From a virus (lineage: Duplodnaviria; Caudoviricetes): a stretch of 46,168 nt of DNA. The stretch covers positions 1 to 46,168 of IMG/VR virus record IMGVR_UViG_3300032332_001684; one strand, 5' to 3'. Positions 28,116-35,956 of the stretch are shown in pieces. Made by a program: the position numbers and the translations under genes. Each line of letters starts with the position of its first letter. The first letter of the stretch is position 1. Under the pieces are notes generated by a model. That model saw nothing but the letters and a program-made list of their open reading frames with translations, was not told the origin of the DNA and made no database searches.

Positions 28116-28448
28116 CTAATCCATGCGCGAGCCAGCGTAGGCCTCAAAGCCATACTGCCGGAACACCTCAGCCGCCGCTCGTGCGCCTTCTTCCAGGATG
28201 CCCATGCTCTGCACACCCACGCCTGCGGGATTCCACAGTTGGAATGTCTTGTCCCAGGTTTGCCGCACACCTGCTGCCTTCAGCATCTTGCCCAGTTTGG
28301 TATTGCCTTTGACCTTGTAGATACTAGTCCAAGCAAAACCGCAAGCGTCGCGGTCGCCGTAGCGTTGCAGGGCAGCCATTGCGGCCTGTCGAGCGGCCAA
28401 CTGCGCTTCGGCTACGATTGAGTTGACTTGAGTTTGAGTGAATTCCAT
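28116..28448 (-). CDS. Hypothetical phage protein (ACGFAW...SRMD)
   Basis: AGGAG RBS after promoter 28481-28509. Confidence 0.8.
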   Translation of the reverse strand: MEFTQTQVNSIVAEAQLAARQAAMAALQRYGDRDACGFAWTSIYKVKGNTKLGKMLKAAGVRQTWDKTFQLWNPAGVGVQSMGILEEGARAAAEVFRQYGFEAYAGSRMD

Positions 28449-28532
28449 AACGTTCTCCTAAACAGTGTTGCGATTCAAGTAGTATACAGTGGCCACCACA
28501 GACTGTCAAGCCTGTGGCAGCGATCCCACACA

Positions 28533-28817
28533 TCACATGCTGTGGTAGCGCTCGGTGCTGGGATCCACACAGGTCCCACGCTCACCGCGCCGAATCTGCA
28601 CAGGCTCACCAGTCAACAGATGCTTAACTGTGACCTTGTAGTCGGCATTATGACGGAGTATCTGGGCGATCTCCTCCTTCTGCTTACGCTTGGGCAAGTC
28701 CTTCAGCATGCTGACAATGAAGCTGGAGAAGTAGCCTGCGGCATAGGCAGTACCTTCATCCTCTACCAACTGTTTGAGTGCAGCTGCCATAACTTGCTGA
28801 TTTTCTGTAGTCCACAT
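28533..28817 (-). CDS. Hypothetical early protein (CVDPSTERYHSM C-terminus)
   Basis: GGAG RBS after promoter 28849-28877. Confidence 0.7.
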   Translation of the reverse strand: MWTTENQQVMAAALKQLVEDEGTAYAAGYFSSFIVSMLKDLPKRKQKEEIAQILRHNADYKVTVKHLLTGEPVQIRRGERGTCVDPSTERYHSM

Positions 28818-28906
28818 CGTGCTCTCCAAGTAGTGCTTCAGTTCAAGTAGTATACAGTGGGTCGGTGGGGCTGTCAACCGTTGCCGCAGCCCCACACTCA
28901 GGCACT

Positions 28907-29167
28907 TTAGCAGTCTGGGTCGTAGTCTGCCCATTCCTGCGACTCGCTGACTGGATCGATCTCTTCCAGACTATCCTCAAAGTCCCGCCCTGCCGCAACC
29001 CAGTCCTCTTCGTCGTCGTACTCTTCGTCCAGGATGTCATTGATCCGCATCATGTCGGCGACTTCGTCCTCGCTCATGTACTTGAGCGCCATAGTAACGA
29101 CGTCTCGTGCATCGAGCAGTCCGCTGTCAATGAGGTCAAGCAGGTAGTTGGTTTGCTGGCGTGGCAT
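28907..29167 (-). CDS. Small acidic early protein (EWADYDPDC C-terminus)
   Basis: GGAG RBS after promoter 29201-29229. Confidence 0.7.
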   Translation of the reverse strand: MPRQQTNYLLDLIDSGLLDARDVVTMALKYMSEDEVADMMRINDILDEEYDDEEDWVAAGRDFEDSLEEIDPVSESQEWADYDPDC

Positions 29168-29257
29168 AGTATTCTCCGGGTTGTTTGCTTCAGTTCAAGT
29201 AGTATAGCGAAATTGGCCCGATCTGTCAAGTGTGGCAATTACACCACACCTGGCACT

Positions 29258-29509
29258 TCAATAGTCGCCTAAGTCGAACCGGTCCTCATAACTGGCATCC
29301 AAGTAGGAGTCCTCAGCAGGATCACAGCCTGTCACGTATTCGTAGCCGTCATCACTCTCGTAGTCGTCCATGCCGTCGTACAGCGTGTCGAACGCACGAG
29401 GATCGATCAACGACTCCTCAATGTTCAGTATACGTGCGATCTCTGCGGGCGTGAATCCCTCTTCAAGCAGGTCTTGTACGTCCATATGCAGGTTTGACAT
29501 TGCACTCAT
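29258..29509 (-). CDS. Small acidic early protein with an HTH-like N-terminus
   Basis: LLEEGFTPAEIARILNI; GGAG RBS after promoter 29546-29574. Confidence 0.7.
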   Translation of the reverse strand: MSAMSNLHMDVQDLLEEGFTPAEIARILNIEESLIDPRAFDTLYDGMDDYESDDGYEYVTGCDPAEDSYLDASYEDRFDLGDY

Positions 29510-29602
29510 CGCTCTCTCCCGTGTAGTGTATTGCTCAGTTCATGTATTATACTGCTCAGTGGGGTCCCTGTCAATTGTGGCAAGAACCCCACACTCGGCA
29601 CT

Positions 29603-29854
29603 CTAAAATACGGATCCTTTAAACTGCTCGTAGTCGTAGAAGGCCACTAACCGTCCCCCTTTGAGATACACTGTGATGCCGCCCAACTCCTCTGCAGTGT
29701 CCCAGTCCCTAAACTGGCTCTCAAAGCGATCTGCCAGTTCGTCCATTAGGTCGTCGCCTGTGGCTTCCCAACTGGCTACTGCCTCAGCTTCCCAGTCGTG
29801 TGTATAGACGGCACTGTTAATCTGCTGGCTCTGTGCTAGACTAAGTGTGTACAT
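29603..29854 (-). CDS. Small acidic early protein
   Basis: GGGAG RBS after promoter 29887-29915. Confidence 0.7.
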   Translation of the reverse strand: MYTLSLAQSQQINSAVYTHDWEAEAVASWEATGDDLMDELADRFESQFRDWDTAEELGGITVYLKGGRLVAFYDYEQFKGSVF

Positions 29855-30013
29855 CTTGTGCTCCCGTTTAGTGCTTCAGTCTCAATAGTATACAGCTCCC
29901 TGCCCAAAACGTCAACTCAAAAGATCGTTGTGGCATTTTGGCTACAGTGGCAGATTCGCCACAGATCACGTTCCGCTTGACAGATCGGGCAAAAGATGCT
30001 AGCACCGCGACTT

Positions 30014-30139
30014 CGTCATGAATCGTGTAACAGTCATGATTCGTAGTATAGTCATGAATCTTAGTACTATACTGATCCGTAGTATAGTCATGATCTTCAG
30101 TACTATACTAGTCTGTAGTACAGTAGTAGATCGTGTAAT
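30014..30139. repeat. About seven degenerate 17-19 bp tandem repeats
   Basis: Units such as AGTCATGAATCTTAGTACT, ATACTGATCCGTAGTAT and AGTCATGATCTTCAGTACT. Confidence 0.75.
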
Positions 30140-30144
30140 GGATT

Positions 30145-30220
30145 TGGCCTGCCCGGGAGGGATCGAACCTCCGACCCACAGCTTAGAAGGCTGTTGCTCT
30201 ATCCACTGAGCTACGGGCAG
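30145..30220 (-). tRNA. tRNA-Arg (anticodon UCU)
   Basis: CTGCCCG acceptor stem, TAGCTCAGTGGATAGAGC D-arm, ACAGC-CTTCTAA-GCTGT anticodon arm, GGTTCGATCC T-loop, encoded CCA. Confidence 0.95.
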
Positions 30221-30225
30221 TGATC

Positions 30226-30303
<78 letters not shown>

Positions 30304-30364
30304 TAAAAACACTCGATTCTACACTGTAGCAATACTCTGCATACTGTGTATTTAATATAGTAAT

Positions 30365-30394
30365 ATTATACGGCAAAATACTTCAAAACGTCAA
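30365..30394 (-). promoter_or_regulatory. Sigma70 promoter for the tRNA pair
   Basis: TTGACG, 18-bp spacer, TATAAT on the minus strand. Confidence 0.7.
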
Positions 30395-30774
30395 GAAAAA
30401 TCACCAATTTCAACACAAAAACAACAGTATTTTGATCCTTTTTCACCACCTTTTGGAGAGTGGGAATGTGGTGTCCCCACTGTGAATTCTACCCTGTAGA
30501 AATTTTGGATGGACGGTGGGGAGAGAGGCTATGCTCAAATACTCCACACCATTCTACACTCTTTCACACTGATTCACACTGATTCACACCCTTCTACACT
30601 TGCCTAACTGTTGCCCCTGTGTGCCCGGATTCTCTGTAGTGTAGATCTCACTGTGTAGACCCGAATCCTCAGACCGCTACAGCGGGGTATTTGCATCGAG
30701 GGTATTTTGGGTGTGAAATCTTAGACCGCTACAGCGGGGCATTTGGGTATTAGTCATTACCGGTATGTGCATGT

Positions 30775-31395
30775 TCATTGTGGTTTGACACGCACATTGA
30801 TGTTACGATAAATGATGTTGCTTAAATGGTCTATGAACCAATCGTAGTCCAGTCCCAAATGGTATTTGTTCACTATGTGATCAAAGTTCTTTCGATTCTG
30901 TAGATGCCAGGGCCAGTGCTTGCGATCAAAGTTTGTCAGCACTATATCACCCATAGCACTATCTTGAGTGATCCAATGATGTGCTCGCTTGCTCACTGGC
31001 ATGATGCACATAAACTCGATCAAATCCCAAGGACTGTTTGCCAGATCGACAGTACGCCAAATATCACTAGGATGATTCTTCCATTTGTCAGCACTATCAC
31101 CGCTTTGACGTCCACTTCTGGCTCGCTGTCTGATGTGATTAAAGTCAATTTCAAAGCGTTGTTTAGGTTCTCCGGTCAGTAGGTCTGGATGATTACTAAA
31201 GCCCACCTCACCCGTAATCACACAACTCAAGGGATGTCTAGGGTCTCCGTGATACAGTTCTTGTAGTACGGGTAGATTTTCATTTTTGCGTTTAGCCTTG
31301 CGGCATTCACCACGTAGATTAGGATTAGTAGGAGTAAAGTAATAAGGCAGTCCCTTTGTTTCAGGCTGCCAGTTCCATGCTGTTGACTTTTTCAT
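30775..31395 (-). CDS. Hypothetical protein, possible divergent HNH-like nuclease
   Basis: CVITG...IDFNHI...SKRAHHWI; 206 aa. Confidence 0.55.
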   Translation of the reverse strand: MKKSTAWNWQPETKGLPYYFTPTNPNLRGECRKAKRKNENLPVLQELYHGDPRHPLSCVITGEVGFSNHPDLLTGEPKQRFEIDFNHIRQRARSGRQSGDSADKWKNHPSDIWRTVDLANSPWDLIEFMCIMPVSKRAHHWITQDSAMGDIVLTNFDRKHWPWHLQNRKNFDHIVNKYHLGLDYDWFIDHLSNIIYRNINVRVKPQ

Positions 31396-31491
31396 ATCTC
31401 TCTGTGACCTCTTGCTGTGTGTATATGTGTATATACTATACTGTAGGAGATTGATCCAGTCAATCTCCAGTCGGTGTGTGTGGGATTTTCA

Positions 31492-32256
31492 CTACCCAGT
31501 CTGTATAGTGTTGGCAGAGTTGGACAGTCGAGTATTGGCTATCCAGTTCCAGTGTTGTCCCAGTACTGGAGTCAGTCCAATGTGGCTACGTGGTATAAAG
31601 TAGCGTGAGTCGGCTGTGCCAATGTTCATTTGGTCCACTATGTTGCTGAACACGCTGTCTACCAGTATGATACATTCAGCACGTTCCAGTATGGTCAGCC
31701 AGTCCCATACCGAGTCTGTGGCTGCGGTAATTTCAATCTGTCTCCAGTTGGTGGGAATTATGGTTCTATCAAAGTCTGCACGGTGATCGCTGCCTTCAGT
31801 GTGTATGATCACATAAGGAGCAGTGTCAGAGCCGATGATTTGGTCGTACAGTGCCTGTTCTCTTGCGGCGTTGCGTGTAATGTATTCGGGCAGTCGCCAT
31901 TTGTAGTGAAATGGTACTTCTGCTGCTGTGTATTTGTACTGATCGAATTTGGTATGTTGAAAGAATGTTCTACGATGAAATTCCTGTCCAGTCAGTGCTT
32001 GATACAGCACTATGGCTTCTGTGCAGTTGACTGATCGCAGTGCTTGTATAGGCTGTTCAAAAAAGAACGAGCCGGAATCAGTGGTCACAGGAATCCATTC
32101 AATCCACGGCACAGTGTGTTGCCAGTGTGAAAGGAATTCTCTGCAGATGGGCCACACCACTGAGTAGCCTTGATCTCGGTAGTAGCCAGCAATGGGCAGT
32201 GCTATCACTATGTCGCCCAGTCCTCTGCTTTGTATCAGTCCAATTTTTTGATTCAT
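31492..32256 (-). CDS. GT9 (heptosyltransferase)-like glycosyltransferase
   Basis: RGLGDIVIALP N-terminal motif, PYVIIH, ILVDS..SNI. Confidence 0.65.
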   Translation of the reverse strand: MNQKIGLIQSRGLGDIVIALPIAGYYRDQGYSVVWPICREFLSHWQHTVPWIEWIPVTTDSGSFFFEQPIQALRSVNCTEAIVLYQALTGQEFHRRTFFQHTKFDQYKYTAAEVPFHYKWRLPEYITRNAAREQALYDQIIGSDTAPYVIIHTEGSDHRADFDRTIIPTNWRQIEITAATDSVWDWLTILERAECIILVDSVFSNIVDQMNIGTADSRYFIPRSHIGLTPVLGQHWNWIANTRLSNSANTIQTG

Positions 32257-32276
32257 GATGTTGTTTTGTTAGTGTA

Positions 32277-33053
32277 TTAAAAGTAAGTGATTTTTGGGTT
32301 GTTGGGAAAGTAGCATTCGTTGCGAGACTGTGGCAAGTCGCGTCGTTGTTCGACGTAAGCAGGGATGCCCAGTCCAATGGCCAGTGCCAGGGCGCTGCTT
32401 TGGTTGCCAATAAAGGTTTCTGCGCCGGCTATGATTTCAGCCACTTGCAGCATGGTGGCGGTTGGGTGGTATACTGTATTGGTCCAACCGGTTATCTCCC
32501 GGAATTGGTCAAATTCTGGGGGCAGTCCCAGGAACACAGCACGTTGGTCCCAGCCTTGGTTCTGCCATTGACGCCACTGGTCCGGGGGTGTAGCAGGTAT
32601 CCAGCGCTCAGTGCGATTGACCACTATGGGTCTGCCTGGGATTGTCTTGGTCATGGGCACAGTCAGCCAAGGGCGGTCGCGCAGTTCCTGTTGTTGTGCA
32701 GGGTCGCGGATACCAAAAGTGTTGGCGTAGATGTCCACATAGTTGCCTGGGTGGCCCACAAAGGCTGTACGGAATCTGTCCAGGTTGTGTGTGATTTCTG
32801 TGGTGTCAGTCATGGGCTCAAAACTTTCTATGTAGTGTTGAGCCAGCATGAAGTCCTGTAGGTATTCCAAGTCGTGTTGTGTCAGTCTGCCCCGGTGGAA
32901 CTCTGCTGGCTGGCTGCCGTAGTAGTGTTGGCCAATCCAGTCAATCTGGTTGAGATGTAGATAAAATTCTCCTGGGCCTAGATGTTGTACTATGGGCAGG
33001 CTGTAGATCAAGTCGCCCAGTGCGCCGCTGTGTTTGTATCGTCGGGTTGTCAT
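32277..33053 (-). CDS. GT9 (heptosyltransferase)-like glycosyltransferase
   Basis: SGALGDLIYSLP, PWL, IIAGAETFIGNQSSALALAIGLGIP. Confidence 0.7.
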   Translation of the reverse strand: MTTRRYKHSGALGDLIYSLPIVQHLGPGEFYLHLNQIDWIGQHYYGSQPAEFHRGRLTQHDLEYLQDFMLAQHYIESFEPMTDTTEITHNLDRFRTAFVGHPGNYVDIYANTFGIRDPAQQQELRDRPWLTVPMTKTIPGRPIVVNRTERWIPATPPDQWRQWQNQGWDQRAVFLGLPPEFDQFREITGWTNTVYHPTATMLQVAEIIAGAETFIGNQSSALALAIGLGIPAYVEQRRDLPQSRNECYFPNNPKITYF

Positions 33054-33212
33054 GGATTTGTTGGTTATGTGTATATTTAAATGCCAGTGTGTTACAGTGT
33101 AGACATTCTTGGTCTGGAGGTCAAATCTCTTGATATCCTCCTGTTTATCCAGTATAATGTCAGCAGCAGTATAATTAATCTTACGCCTGTAAATTTTAAG
33201 GAGGTCTATTCC

Positions 33213-33809
33213 ATGACTGAATCAGCAGCAATAATCAGCGAGGGTGAAGGTGCCAGTGAGTTGATTGCTCCCATGGGCTCGGCAGTGGTACAAGTACTCA
33301 CAGTGTTGAGCATGTTGGTGGCTTTGGTATTGGCAGTGAAATTGTTGACCTGGGCAGTGGCAGACAAACTGTCTCGTACCCAGGAAATTGTGGGTTCGGA
33401 TGTTACCGCACAGGTTCGCGAACAACAACTGGGCTGTTTGGCCAAAAACATCTATCATGAGGCTGCCAATGAGCCGTTTGAAGGCAAGGTTGCTGTGGCA
33501 CAGGTCACGTTGAATCGTGTGGCCAGCGGGCAGTTCCCGGATGACATTTGCCAAACCATTTATCAAAAAAACGTGTTTTATGAACGTGTGCTGTGCCAGT
33601 TTTCCTGGACCTGTGATAGAACTGTGAAATTCCGTCCAGTCAATCCGGCAGCCTATGCCGAAAGCATGGCTGTGGCCAAGAAAGTGTTGTTGGAAGGGTT
33701 TAGACTGCCCAGTTTAAAGAACGCATTATATTATCATGCTGCCTACATCGACCCCAAATGGAAGCGCAAACGCATCACACGCATAGGTCAACATATTTTT
33801 TACGAGTGA
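33213..33809 (+). CDS. Cell wall hydrolase, SleB/Hydrolase_2 family, with an N-terminal TM helix
   Basis: CLAKNIYHEA, GKVAVAQVTLNRV, QFSW, YYHA...PKW, IGQHIFY; AAGGAGG RBS. Confidence 0.9.
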   Translation: MTESAAIISEGEGASELIAPMGSAVVQVLTVLSMLVALVLAVKLLTWAVADKLSRTQEIVGSDVTAQVREQQLGCLAKNIYHEAANEPFEGKVAVAQVTLNRVASGQFPDDICQTIYQKNVFYERVLCQFSWTCDRTVKFRPVNPAAYAESMAVAKKVLLEGFRLPSLKNALYYHAAYIDPKWKRKRITRIGQHIFYE

Positions 33810-33819
33810 GTATCGCATC

Positions 33820-34140
33820 ATGTCTGTTATCGCATATATTCAAAATCTACCCCGGTTTGTTTACCAGTTTCTTAGAGACCACTTGGGCAGAATCAGTGCC
33901 CACACACTGGGTTGGATCACCATCATACTGTTGCACTTTGCTGCCATTCCCACGCTGTTGGCTGTGTTGTTGGGACAAACGGACAAGTTGCCGCCGGTGG
34001 ATCTCATGATCTTTGTGTGGTCGGCACTGATCACGCTGTTTTTCAAAAGCCTAATCGATCGTAATTTTGTTTACATTGCCACTATTTGTTTGGGTTTTGC
34101 TGCTCAAACAGTGATCATGTCCTTGATCCTGTTCAAATGA
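33820..34140 (+). CDS. Small membrane protein (about three TM helices)
   Basis: Hydrophobic 106-aa ORF just after the hydrolase. Confidence 0.7.
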   Translation: MSVIAYIQNLPRFVYQFLRDHLGRISAHTLGWITIILLHFAAIPTLLAVLLGQTDKLPPVDLMIFVWSALITLFFKSLIDRNFVYIATICLGFAAQTVIMSLILFK

Positions 34141-34209
34141 AGTATAAATAGTTTTATGAAGATCAGCGAACTACTACATGAAAAGCACATTGCCAACCCC
34201 ACCAAAAGT
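34088..34209 (+). repeat. Left copy of a 122-bp direct repeat flanking the cyclitol island
   Basis: Aligns without gaps to 37726-37847 (offset 3638); contains TATAAATA at 34143-34150. Confidence 0.92.
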
Positions 34210-34221
34210 AGCCCTTTGTGA
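34156..34221 (+). pseudogene. Truncated copy of the 5' end of gene 37794..38045
   Basis: MKISELLHEKHIANPTKSSPL* versus MKISELLTEKHIANPTKSQCA... Confidence 0.75.
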
Positions 34222-34281
34222 AAGCAATGGAATATCCGTAAATGATTATGTAGGCAAACGAGATCATTACACGAGAGACTG

Positions 34282-35013
34282 ATGAATATTGTTTTTGGCA
34301 TCTGTGGGGAAGGTCAAAGATTTAGGGATGCAGGATACAGTCAACCCAAATATCTTATAGAGTATCTTGGCCATTCCATGATCTATCATGCTGTGAAAAC
34401 TTTGAAAATTCTCGGCAAGATTTATTTTATAGTTAGGCAACAACATCTAGATCAATATCAAAATTTAGAACAAGACCTTTTGTCTATAGGTGACAAAATC
34501 ATTGTGTCTCCAGGATCAACATCTGGAGCAGCCGCAACTCTCTTGTTAACTCGAGACCACATAGATCATGATGAGCCTTTGATGTCAGTCAATTGTGATC
34601 AATATATGAATTGGGATTCTAAAGACTTTATGGCCAAATTGTCTGCCAATCAATCGACATCGTATGTGCTGACATTTAAAAGTGATAACCCTAGTTACAG
34701 TTATATCAAAATAAAAAACAATCAGGTAATAGAACTAAAAGAAAAAGAAAGGATCAGTGACCTTGCCACCTGTGGTATGTACCATTGGGCTAGAGCAGGA
34801 GATTTTTTTCAAGATGCACAGCAGATGATCTTTGAAAATAAAAACTCAAATAAAGAGCATTATGTGGCACCAGTATATAATTACTCTATAGCAAGAGGAG
34901 TAGTTGTTGATCATTATGAAATTGATCAACAACAGTTTTGGCCAGTAGGGACTCCTGGCGAACTTGATAAATTTTTAAAAAACTATGAAAATTCAAAATG
35001 TAAAAACTCTTAA
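34282..35013 (+). CDS. Sugar-phosphate nucleotidyltransferase (NTP_transferase, GT-A fold)
   Basis: GEGQRF..AGY..PKYLI, T.GAAAT, VNCDQ, KEK.RISD.AT.G.YHW, E.YVAPVYN, GTP.EL. Confidence 0.85.
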   Translation: MNIVFGICGEGQRFRDAGYSQPKYLIEYLGHSMIYHAVKTLKILGKIYFIVRQQHLDQYQNLEQDLLSIGDKIIVSPGSTSGAAATLLLTRDHIDHDEPLMSVNCDQYMNWDSKDFMAKLSANQSTSYVLTFKSDNPSYSYIKIKNNQVIELKEKERISDLATCGMYHWARAGDFFQDAQQMIFENKNSNKEHYVAPVYNYSIARGVVVDHYEIDQQQFWPVGTPGELDKFLKNYENSKCKNS

Positions 35014-35956
35014 AGGTGGGTCCTTAAACACTACTAAATTGTATGAAACTGATCAAGACAGTTTTATTAGAAAGTATGTGAGATTAGATTCTGACAGAGA
35101 ATATGGTTATGTTCGTTGGTACAGTCAATTTAAAAAACTACAGAGATTTAATCAAATGTTTCCCGGGCTGGTACCTGAAATCAGAGACATAGGAGAAGAA
35201 AATAATCATGCCTATGTGGAAATGCAATATGTGCCTAATCTAGATATTAAAACTCTATTTCAAAAGAATCTATTAGCAGGCCAGCAGGTAATAGAATTGA
35301 ATATAGCCTTATGGAAATCTTTTGATCTAATACATTCTCACAGATATAAACATTGTGCCAGTTCCCTATCTTTATATTTTATTGAAGAGGTAGAACAAAA
35401 ATTAAATGATGCTAGAAAATTCTCTGAATTTGAAAAATTCTATCAATTGGGATCGTACACTTATCAAGGAAAGACTGTTAGAGGACTCAACAAGACATAT
35501 CAAAAATTTAAAAAACTGTTTAATGGCAACATTACCGAGGAATCATATGTTCACGGAAATCCTACTCTAGAGAACATACTGTACGATCCTTTGACCAAAA
35601 AGGTAACCTTTATAGATCTCTATGAAGAAGGCATAGTAGACTCTAAGTTGGCAGATTACTCAATGGTTTTACAGTGTAGTCATAGTCTATACGGAGTCTA
35701 CAACGATCATGTAATAGCCGTCGATGGAAATGCAGTGACCTCTGATGCGGTGGTGCCCAGTGAATTGATTAGGTTCAATGATATTTTCAACAGCACTCTA
35801 GCAGATAGATGCAGTGATGAAGAGTTAGCACTGATAAAACTGTTTGAAGCAACACAATTTTTTAGGATGCTGCCCTTCAAATGTCATGCTGGTTATGTAG
35901 ATGCTGCAAAATTCTTTTATGTTCATGCATGTTATCTTGTAAATGATTTATTATGA
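34985..35956 (+). CDS. APH/choline-kinase-like phosphotransferase
   Basis: LKGGS Gly-loop, IRK, HGNPTLENILY (catalytic-loop variant with N in place of D), FID. Confidence 0.7.
   Translation: MKIQNVKTLKGGSLNTTKLYETDQDSFIRKYVRLDSDREYGYVRWYSQFKKLQRFNQMFPGLVPEIRDIGEENNHAYVEMQYVPNLDIKTLFQKNLLAGQQVIELNIALWKSFDLIHSHRYKHCASSLSLYFIEEVEQKLNDARKFSEFEKFYQLGSYTYQGKTVRGLNKTYQKFKKLFNGNITEESYVHGNPTLENILYDPLTKKVTFIDLYEEGIVDSKLADYSMVLQCSHSLYGVYNDHVIAVDGNAVTSDAVVPSELIRFNDIFNSTLADRCSDEELALIKLFEATQFFRMLPFKCHAGYVDAAKFFYVHACYLVNDLL

Larger units (their letters stand above)
20029..29946 (-). promoter_or_regulatory. Array of about 18 leftward sigma70 early promoters, each with an 18-bp palindromic box
   Basis: TTGAC(A/G/C)-17 bp-TATA(A/C)T with left coordinates of -10/-35 at 20029/20052, 20660/20683, 21075/21098, 22361/22384, 23040/23063, 23900/23923, 24305/24328, 25684/25707, 26575/26598, 26930/26953, 27534/27557, 28058/28081, 28481/28504, 28849/28872, 29201/29224, 29546/29569, 29887/29910, plus a -10-only copy at 25099. 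Confidence 0.9.

Noticed and set aside
18270-29606. The many plus-strand ORFs listed in the early region
   Set aside because: They are antisense to minus-strand genes that have clear promoters and RBSs, and none has its own expression signals.
20029-29946. Recurring intergenic motif read as a CRISPR array or classical integron attC array
   Set aside because: Units are separated by 300-900 bp of whole genes, the copies are degenerate and contain -35/-10 boxes, and no cas gene, integron integrase or consistent RYYYAAC/GTTRRRY ends were seen.
30014-30139. Mini-CRISPR array
   Set aside because: The repeats are contiguous 17-19 bp units with no unique spacers.
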